A stretch of DNA of 64,000 nt from Candidatus Latescibacterota bacterium. GTDB lineage: Bacteria; Latescibacterota; UBA2968; UBA8231. The translations under genes were made by a program, and so were the position numbers. The stretch is taken from assembly GCA_965248265.1 (NCBI GenBank), contig CBDFJF010000001.1, positions 2,080,001 through 2,144,000 on the forward strand. Reading direction: 5' to 3'. This document shows positions 57,714-64,000 of this stretch, piece after piece (within the stretch, counting starts at the first letter, position 1; every line of letters starts with the position of its first letter). The notes under the pieces were generated by a model. The model had not been told where the DNA came from. It ran no database searches and saw only the letters and a program-made list of their open reading frames with translations.

Positions 57714-58643
57714 ATGAACGCGGCCGCGCAAGACGGGTACGTCGACCTGCAGGTCAACGGCTATTTCGGCGTTGACTTCAACAGCGACGACCTGTCGGCG
57801 GAGACACTGCACAATGCCTGCACCCAGTTGAAAGCGGACGGCAACGCGGGAATCCTCGCTACCATCATTACCGATGATATCGATGTCATGTGTGCTCGCC
57901 TGCAGCGACTCGTCCACCTGCGCGCGGCCGACGACCTCGCCCGCGATCTCATCTGGGGAGTTCACATCGAAGGACCGTTCATCAACGAGACTCCCGGCTA
58001 CGTCGGCGCCCACCCGCCCGCGGCGGTACGGCCAGCCGATGTCGATGCCGCCGAACGACTGCTCGCGGCCGCCGATGGACTAACCCGCGTCGTCACCCTC
58101 GCTCCCGAGCGCGATCCCGGGTTGGCCGTAACGCGCTTTCTTGCCGATCAGGGAGTCACCGTCTCCGCCGGACACTGCAATCCGTCACTGGCCGAACTCG
58201 AAGCAGCGATTCAGGCCGGTCTGTCGATGTTCACTCACGTCGGCAACGGCTGCCCGATGCTGCTCGATCGCCACGACAACATCATCCAACGTGCCTTGAG
58301 CCTGGCCCAATCGCTCTGGCTCTGTTTCATCGCCGATGACGTCCATGTGCCCTGCGTTGCCCTGGGCAACTATCTGCGCACCGCCGGCATGGATCGTTGC
58401 ATCGTCGTCACCGACGCCATGGCCGCCGCCGGGTTAGGTCAGGGGCGCTACTCGATGGGGTCTCAAGTGGTTGAGGTCGATGAGAACCTGGTTGCCCGCA
58501 TCCCCGGAGTTGACACTCATCTGGCCGGCTCCGCCGTCACCATGCCACGGTCAGCCGAGAACCTGCGCGATGTCCTCGGATTGACCGGAAGAGAGATTGA
58601 CAGCCTGACCTCGCTCAACGCGAGGCAACTGCTGCAAGTTTGA
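57714..58643 (+). CDS. nagA: N-acetylglucosamine-6-phosphate deacetylase
   Basis: DLQVNG..G, G.HIEGPFI, GAH, TLAPE, GH, FTH.GN, IAD..H, VTDA, LAGS. Confidence 0.9.
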   Translation: MNAAAQDGYVDLQVNGYFGVDFNSDDLSAETLHNACTQLKADGNAGILATIITDDIDVMCARLQRLVHLRAADDLARDLIWGVHIEGPFINETPGYVGAHPPAAVRPADVDAAERLLAAADGLTRVVTLAPERDPGLAVTRFLADQGVTVSAGHCNPSLAELEAAIQAGLSMFTHVGNGCPMLLDRHDNIIQRALSLAQSLWLCFIADDVHVPCVALGNYLRTAGMDRCIVVTDAMAAAGLGQGRYSMGSQVVEVDENLVARIPGVDTHLAGSAVTMPRSAENLRDVLGLTGREIDSLTSLNARQLLQV

Positions 58644-58662
58644 CACCTGAGGAGATAGAATC

Positions 58663-59820
58663 ATGACGAACGCCAAATACAAAGTGGCCGGCATAGGCAT
58701 AGGACGCGCCGGCACCGGTCGCACTCGTGCCTACGCCATCCACCCGCTGTGCGAAGTCGTGGCCGTCGCTGAGTCCGATCCCGCCAACCTGGAGCTGGCC
58801 GCTGCCCGCTTCGAGGTACCCGGCTACGCCGACTGCGTGGAGATGTTCGAGAAACACCAGATTGACATCGCCGTCGCCTCCTTGCCGGTGCGCGCCAATC
58901 ACGCGGTGGTAATGGCCGCCGCAGAAGCCGGCGTCAAGGTGATGGTGACGGAAAAACCGTTGACGGCTGAGCTGTCTCAGGCAGATGAAATGGTTGAGGC
59001 CTGCCGCTCGCGCGGCATCCAGTTCGCGGCGGGACTCCTCTCAATGAACAGGATCAACCACTGGACGGCTAAGGAGATGGTCAGATCCGGAGCGATCGGC
59101 GAAATACGGCGCGTCAATATCTACGACACCAACACCCAGGGCGGTTGCCACGGCGTCAATCTGGCTCGCCACTTTGCCGGCACCCCTGAAGTCGACCATG
59201 TCATCGGATGGACAAAGGGCGACGCGGCCAGCGACTACGAAGACGCTCACACTGGACGAGAGCACGACCAGGGTTTCCAGGGATTGGGTGGCTACATCCG
59301 CTTCGCCAATGGAATAGAGGTCTTCAGCAGCTGTGGGCCGGTCCCCTGGCGGGGGTTCGAGGTCATCGGCTCCCACGGCATACTCTATAAAGACAACACG
59401 ACCGCGCTCCAGCTTCACATGTTAAAGGCGCCGGACGGAGTAGAAAAGGCCGATTTCGCCTCATTCGAGAGAGTCGAGGTGCCGGATATCGCACCTCCGC
59501 TGAGAAGTGGAGAGCACCAGTACGACGACGAGGGCTGGGCCAACCTGACCGACGGTATGGTTCGCAGCGCCGGTGCCGTCGTGGAATCTCTGGAGACTGG
59601 CACGGACGTAAGACTGACCACCGGAGGCGACCTGGCGGCCGCCCTGGAGATATGTATCGCCCTGCGCGAATCAGCCCGGCGCGGCAATACGCCGGTCGAG
59701 TTGCCCCTCGCCGATCGCAACCTGGTGATGTACCCTCAGAACTCGCGCTGGAACTACAAGAAGGAAATCATGGGCCACGACGCCTACATGGACGCCCTTG
59801 CCCAGCAGCGTAAAGACTAG
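58663..59820 (+). CDS. Gfo/Idh/MocA family oxidoreductase
   Basis: IGIGRAG, P...H, EKPL......ADEMV..C, ALEI.IALRES. Confidence 0.85.
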   Translation: MTNAKYKVAGIGIGRAGTGRTRAYAIHPLCEVVAVAESDPANLELAAARFEVPGYADCVEMFEKHQIDIAVASLPVRANHAVVMAAAEAGVKVMVTEKPLTAELSQADEMVEACRSRGIQFAAGLLSMNRINHWTAKEMVRSGAIGEIRRVNIYDTNTQGGCHGVNLARHFAGTPEVDHVIGWTKGDAASDYEDAHTGREHDQGFQGLGGYIRFANGIEVFSSCGPVPWRGFEVIGSHGILYKDNTTALQLHMLKAPDGVEKADFASFERVEVPDIAPPLRSGEHQYDDEGWANLTDGMVRSAGAVVESLETGTDVRLTTGGDLAAALEICIALRESARRGNTPVELPLADRNLVMYPQNSRWNYKKEIMGHDAYMDALAQQRKD

Positions 59821-59919
59821 GCCGGCGACGACCCACAATCGCGCAGTCTCAACAGCTAGATGGAGTACCTGCTGCGCGAAGCCGTGAAGAAGCAGCGGCG
59901 GCGCGAGAAAGGGACCTGA
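59821..59919 (+). pseudogene. Remnant of small Arc-like ribbon-helix-helix DNA-binding protein gene
   Basis: Reads ..RSLNS*MEYLLREAVKKQRR..; TAG at 59857 falls where the RSLN.QiEylLrea motif has Gln (CAG). Confidence 0.5.
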
Positions 59920-59953
59920 CGGAGACCGACGCGTTTACACCCATCGGTGTGTT

Positions 59954-61039
59954 TCAGCCCGCTCCCAGATCCAGGTTGTAGTCACCTGGATCCATCTCCA
60001 GATCCTCGGCCAATCCGCGCAGGCTGATCAGGACATCCTCTGGCAGCTCCATCCCGTCGACGACTGCTTTGTCGCGGCGTTCCCACTCCATCTCGCCCGG
60101 CATGTAGATGCGATCCGTACCCTCGGCGGTCGGCGCCGACAGCAGTTCCTGTCGCATGTGTGCCATGCGGCTGTTGAAGTCCGCCGCCGGCATCATCGCC
60201 GACACGTCGATGGCCAGAAAGGCATGTCCCTGATTGCTCGGATCGGGCAAATCGGAGGCCCAGCTCTGCACCTGACTCATCATTGCAGACCCCGTCATGA
60301 CCGCGGTCAGGATCTCTACCAGCACGGCCATGCCATATCCCTTGTGCCCCGCCATCGGCAGTTGTGCGCCCTTCTCCGGGTACTCGTTAGGATCCGTCGT
60401 CGGCACACCGTTCTCATCCACCAACCATGTGTCCGGAATACTGCGGCCTTCGTTCCGCGCGGCGAAAATCTTGGTTGCAGCTACGGCGCTCGTAGCGATG
60501 TCCAGCATTACCGTGTGCTCGGTCCCCGTCGGCGCCGCGTAGGCAATCGGATTGGTCCCCAGCATCTTGGCCTTACCTCCTGGCACGGTCATGCAAGGCT
60601 CCACGTTGCACATCGACATCCCGAGCATGCCGTGCTCGGCAATCATGTTGGCGTAGAAGCCGGCCGCCCCGTAGTGACTGCTTCCACGGATACCGATATA
60701 GGCCATGCCGGTCTCGCGGGCCTTGCGAATCGCAAGCTCGACAGCACGGTACGAGATCGAAGGCGGCATGCCATCACAGGCATCGATGATGGCCCAGGCC
60801 GGACCTTCTGTAACGATCTTCTCGCGCGCCTCGAGCTTCAGGCGCCCGCTGCGGGCATTCTTGAGCAGACCGCGGATCTGCCGGCTGCCATGGGTATAGG
60901 TGCCCCAGGTGTCAGTGGTTACGAAGACCTTCGCCGTGAGATTGGCATCATCCTCACTCAAGCCGGCTTTGCACAACGCCGCGACGCAGAACGCCTCGAG
61001 GTCGTTGGGGCGTATGGTAGCTGAATCGTTGTTTGCCAT
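59954..61039 (-). CDS. Ldh_2 family oxidoreductase (AllD/ComC-like malate/L-lactate dehydrogenase)
   Basis: D..G..THG, S.HYGAAG.Y, GTNPIAYA.P, DIATS, GHKGYG, Y.PGE.E. Confidence 0.9.
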   Translation of the reverse strand: MANNDSATIRPNDLEAFCVAALCKAGLSEDDANLTAKVFVTTDTWGTYTHGSRQIRGLLKNARSGRLKLEAREKIVTEGPAWAIIDACDGMPPSISYRAVELAIRKARETGMAYIGIRGSSHYGAAGFYANMIAEHGMLGMSMCNVEPCMTVPGGKAKMLGTNPIAYAAPTGTEHTVMLDIATSAVAATKIFAARNEGRSIPDTWLVDENGVPTTDPNEYPEKGAQLPMAGHKGYGMAVLVEILTAVMTGSAMMSQVQSWASDLPDPSNQGHAFLAIDVSAMMPAADFNSRMAHMRQELLSAPTAEGTDRIYMPGEMEWERRDKAVVDGMELPEDVLISLRGLAEDLEMDPGDYNLDLGAG

Positions 61040-61074
61040 TGTTCGTTCACTCCTCCGTTTTGAATCGGGCAAGG

Positions 61075-62826
61075 CTATCCAACCACTGGACGGCGCTCAA
61101 ACTCGATCATGAACTGGGTACCGCTCTCTCGATGGACCTGCATCGTGCCCTTGAGCTGACCGACGAGAATGTTGACCAACTTCAACCCCAGGGACTTGCT
61201 GTCCTGTACGTCCACGTCGCCGGGTAAGCCGATGCCGTCGTCGCTGATCTCCAGGGTGATGGCGTGCTCCCGTTGTCGCAGATCGATGCGCAGCTCTCCG
61301 CCCCTGTCCGCGAAGGCATGCTTCAACGAATTGGAGACCAACTCATTTATGATCAGGCCGCAGGGAATGGCCTGGTCTATCCCCAGGCTCACTTCCTCTA
61401 CGTTGACACCCAGGGCCACCTGTGAAGAGACCCGGTACGACTGGAAAAGACTGGTCGCCAATGCCTGGACGTAGTCGGCGAAATCAAGCCTGGCAAGGTC
61501 CTCGGACAGGTACAGCTTTTCGTGAATCAAGGCCATCGACTTAACCCGATGCTGGCTCTCCGTGAACATCTCTGTCCCGCGTCGGTCGGGCAGGTATTCC
61601 GATTGCAGATTCAGCAGGCTCGAGATGACCTGCAGGTTGTTCTTAACCCGGTGGTGTATCTCCTTGAGCAGGATCTCCTTCTCCTGCAGCGAACGCTTGA
61701 TGCGCTCTTCGGCGCGCACCCGCTCGCTGAGATCGACGGCGCTCAACACGTAACCCCCTTCCCCGCTACTCTCGCTCCTGTCCTCCAACCCGGCGACGCT
61801 AACCAGGACTGGTATCCGCTCCTCGGTGCGAGACCGCAAGGTCGACTCCCGAGTTCCACCTTCCGTCTGCAGCAGCTCCTCCGCGTTTTCAAACAAATAG
61901 CTGACTGGCTGGCCGCGCAGATCGGACTCGCTGTAACCAGACAACTCGCAGACGCTTCGATTGAGCATTCGAATGATGCCGTCGGCGTTGGAGACCAACA
62001 GCAGATCCCGCATACCGGTGAGGATGCTGTCCAGAAAATCCTTCGATACCGTCGTAGCGGCCAGATCGCGGCTCATGCGATTGAAACTGATCGCGAGCCT
62101 TCCCATTTCGTCGTTCGACAGCACCGGAACGGTCTCTCCCAATTCTCCCTGACCCAACCGCTCGGTCGCCGTCGCCATCAGGTGAACCGGACGCAGGATC
62201 CTGCGCACATAAAACAGGCTGATGCCCATCGCCAGCAAATTGACGAGGGTCACGATCCAGAGCACTTGATTCGAAATCTGATCAGCCGTGTCCAGAGTGG
62301 GTCCCAGCGGCAGGGCCAGACGGATGGTACCAAGGCGTCGCCGGGCGTGGTCGTGTCTGGTCCCCAGAAACAGAAACTCTTCGTCGGCACCTGCCCGCCT
62401 GCGCGCCTCCCACACTGGAAAAGAGAGATCGACGATGGGGCGACCGTCGCGTTGGACGCGCTCGTTCAGCGGCGCGTCCGCCTTCACGGCCGCCTTCGTG
62501 AAGCGATCGGAGTACAGCTTGCCAGTCTCCATCACGTTGGTGTGGGCGACCACGCGTCCTTCCCTGTCCAGGACCATGACGTATTCGCTGCCCATGTTTG
62601 TATCAATCTGTTGCAGCAGGGGCAGCAAAGCGTGCTCATCACCAGACTCAAAGCTGGCGACGACCCCCGGACTCTGGGCGAGGTTGAGAGTGACTGACCG
62701 CCCCGTCTCAACGACGTTCTTCACCAGTACGCTCTGCACGGCCCGGGTGGCAAACAACGATACTGTTACCACAGACAACCCGAAGGTCGGGATGAAGAGG
62801 AGGAGAATTTTCCTGGTGATTCTCAT
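61075..62826 (-). CDS. Membrane sensor histidine kinase (HAMP-PAS-HisKA_2)
   Basis: Two TM, HAMP (DEMG.LA.SFN.M), PAS, EIHHRVKNNLQVISSLL.LQ, NELVSNSLKHAF, DDGIG, SLG..LV. Confidence 0.92.
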   Translation of the reverse strand: MRITRKILLLFIPTFGLSVVTVSLFATRAVQSVLVKNVVETGRSVTLNLAQSPGVVASFESGDEHALLPLLQQIDTNMGSEYVMVLDREGRVVAHTNVMETGKLYSDRFTKAAVKADAPLNERVQRDGRPIVDLSFPVWEARRRAGADEEFLFLGTRHDHARRRLGTIRLALPLGPTLDTADQISNQVLWIVTLVNLLAMGISLFYVRRILRPVHLMATATERLGQGELGETVPVLSNDEMGRLAISFNRMSRDLAATTVSKDFLDSILTGMRDLLLVSNADGIIRMLNRSVCELSGYSESDLRGQPVSYLFENAEELLQTEGGTRESTLRSRTEERIPVLVSVAGLEDRSESSGEGGYVLSAVDLSERVRAEERIKRSLQEKEILLKEIHHRVKNNLQVISSLLNLQSEYLPDRRGTEMFTESQHRVKSMALIHEKLYLSEDLARLDFADYVQALATSLFQSYRVSSQVALGVNVEEVSLGIDQAIPCGLIINELVSNSLKHAFADRGGELRIDLRQREHAITLEISDDGIGLPGDVDVQDSKSLGLKLVNILVGQLKGTMQVHRESGTQFMIEFERRPVVG

Positions 62827-62839
62827 GGCGATTCAGCGC

Positions 62840-63781
62840 TCATGGACGCGAGCCGACGATTTCATCCGCCGCCGCCAGCGCAGCAGGGGCCAGCGACAAT
62901 CCAGCCTGCTCAGCGGACACCTGGTTCACGGTGACTTCAATCTGTTTTGGATAGACATCCGGCTGGATTCGTTCCCCCGCGAGTATCCGCCGCACCTCGA
63001 TGGCCGCGGCGGCACCGATTTGCCGGAAACTGGGTGCCACGGAAGCCGTCGCCCCGGACTGGGCCAGTCCACTTGTGGGCGCATAAAAAGGAATGTCGTT
63101 GGACCAGGAAAATTCCCGTATCACGGAAATACTTTGCGGATTGATCAACAACGGATCCGGCGGCAGCCACAGTGCATCAATGTCCTGTTTCATCAGCGCT
63201 CGCAGATGTTCTGGCAATTCCTTGGCTGACTCCAAATGCTGGTTGAAGATTTCAATCCCATGATCTTCGGCTGCCAGCCTCATGTCACTGATGAAACGCT
63301 TCGGTGTCTTCAGCACCTGCAGGACCCCCAACCGCCGCAGCCGTGGCTGCAAGAGGTGCAGGGTCTCGAGTATTCGTGAGGGCGGTGGCAGCAGGTGAAC
63401 GTGCGCCGTTTTGGCCGATCGCCGGGCGCGCTCGATTGATGCCCCGGGAGCCATACAATGAACTCGGGTCACGGTCTCGGGATAGCTGGCCAGCGCCGCT
63501 CGCGTACCGAAGGTGGCCACTACTCGGGTCTCAAGGGGAAGCTCGACTGCTGAGGAACTCATGCTCACGACTGTGGCTGAAGACTCGAGCGAATCGAGAA
63601 AACCCTCATACGCCTCCCTGTAGGGCGCTAGCTGTGAGCTGAGAACGACGACGACCTCCTGTGCCTGCACCAGGGACGGATACAGGATCAAAGCCAATGC
63701 GAATACGGCGGCGCCCGATCGCCCGCGGAAACGACACCTTGCCGCTAGGAAGTTCCTCAAAGTCGTCAAAGCGTTCATCAA
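62840..63781 (-). CDS. Periplasmic ABC-type substrate-binding-like protein (ABC_sub_bind)
   Basis: Signal peptide; V.LS....PY.EA..GF, P...R.GVL, DALWL.PD, G..AA....RIL.G. Confidence 0.75.
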   Translation of the reverse strand: MMNALTTLRNFLAARCRFRGRSGAAVFALALILYPSLVQAQEVVVVLSSQLAPYREAYEGFLDSLESSATVVSMSSSAVELPLETRVVATFGTRAALASYPETVTRVHCMAPGASIERARRSAKTAHVHLLPPPSRILETLHLLQPRLRRLGVLQVLKTPKRFISDMRLAAEDHGIEIFNQHLESAKELPEHLRALMKQDIDALWLPPDPLLINPQSISVIREFSWSNDIPFYAPTSGLAQSGATASVAPSFRQIGAAAAIEVRRILAGERIQPDVYPKQIEVTVNQVSAEQAGLSLAPAALAAADEIVGSRP

Positions 63782-64000
63782 AATGCGTAGGTGACTCTGA
63801 GGCTATGCCGGGAGCGGATGATTTCGCCAGATTGACCTGCCGTCAGCACGCCCTCGGAAGGCAGAATCTCGAAGTGATCGTTGTCGAAGAGATTGAAGGC
63901 GTGCCCCTCGATCTGCCAGCCCTGTAAAGGACCGGAAAACGAATAGCCGGCACGCACGTTCACGAGTGAGTACGCGTCAACCTCTCCGAAAGCAGATTGG
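63778..64000 (-). CDS. C-terminal fragment of a TonB-dependent receptor (5'-truncated by window edge)
   Basis: VDAYSLVNVRAGY.F...NLFD..H.E...R.....TYAF with terminal Phe; ATGA overlap with downstream gene. Confidence 0.75.
   Translation of the reverse strand, partial: QSAFGEVDAYSLVNVRAGYSFSGPLQGWQIEGHAFNLFDNDHFEILPSEGVLTAGQSGEIIRSRHSLRVTYAF

Overview
A GC-rich, gene-dense bacterial chromosomal window of about 60 CDS. I recognised no rRNA, tRNA, IS element, prophage or CRISPR array. The gene mix (a secreted protein with an 'NYPNPFNP' C-terminal domain, sulfatases, PhyH, Gfo/Idh/MocA, SDR, beta-propeller hybrid kinase) suggests an FCB-group heterotroph such as Latescibacterota or a relative; this is inference only. 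Most genes are housekeeping or catabolic (purF, tex, rsmC, nagB/nagA, ltaE, sirtuin, MATE, TonB receptor plus phytase). The standout is a self-contained non-canonical phage-shock/ESCRT-III-type (PspA) locus at about 31.3-37.6 kb. It has two pspA paralogues, each behind a near-consensus sigma54 promoter and a shared TGGCG-N5-CGCCA palindrome (triplicated by a 50-bp tandem repeat before pspA2). It also encodes a soluble TPR-histidine kinase, a receiver-fused PspF-like activator lacking the PspA-contact Trp, a membrane-anchored winged-helix protein, a TM2 protein and three small proteins, two of them missed by the ORF track. The second highlight is a secreted YceI protein ending in a 43-aa tail of only Gly/Cys/Lys (12 Cys, GKCGG repeats). 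Also seen: a translationally coupled sirtuin-Eis-like acetyltransferase pair, a small island of three decayed genes at 10.5-12.1 kb, and a degenerate M19 dipeptidase. All family assignments come from motif recognition by eye; no searches were run.
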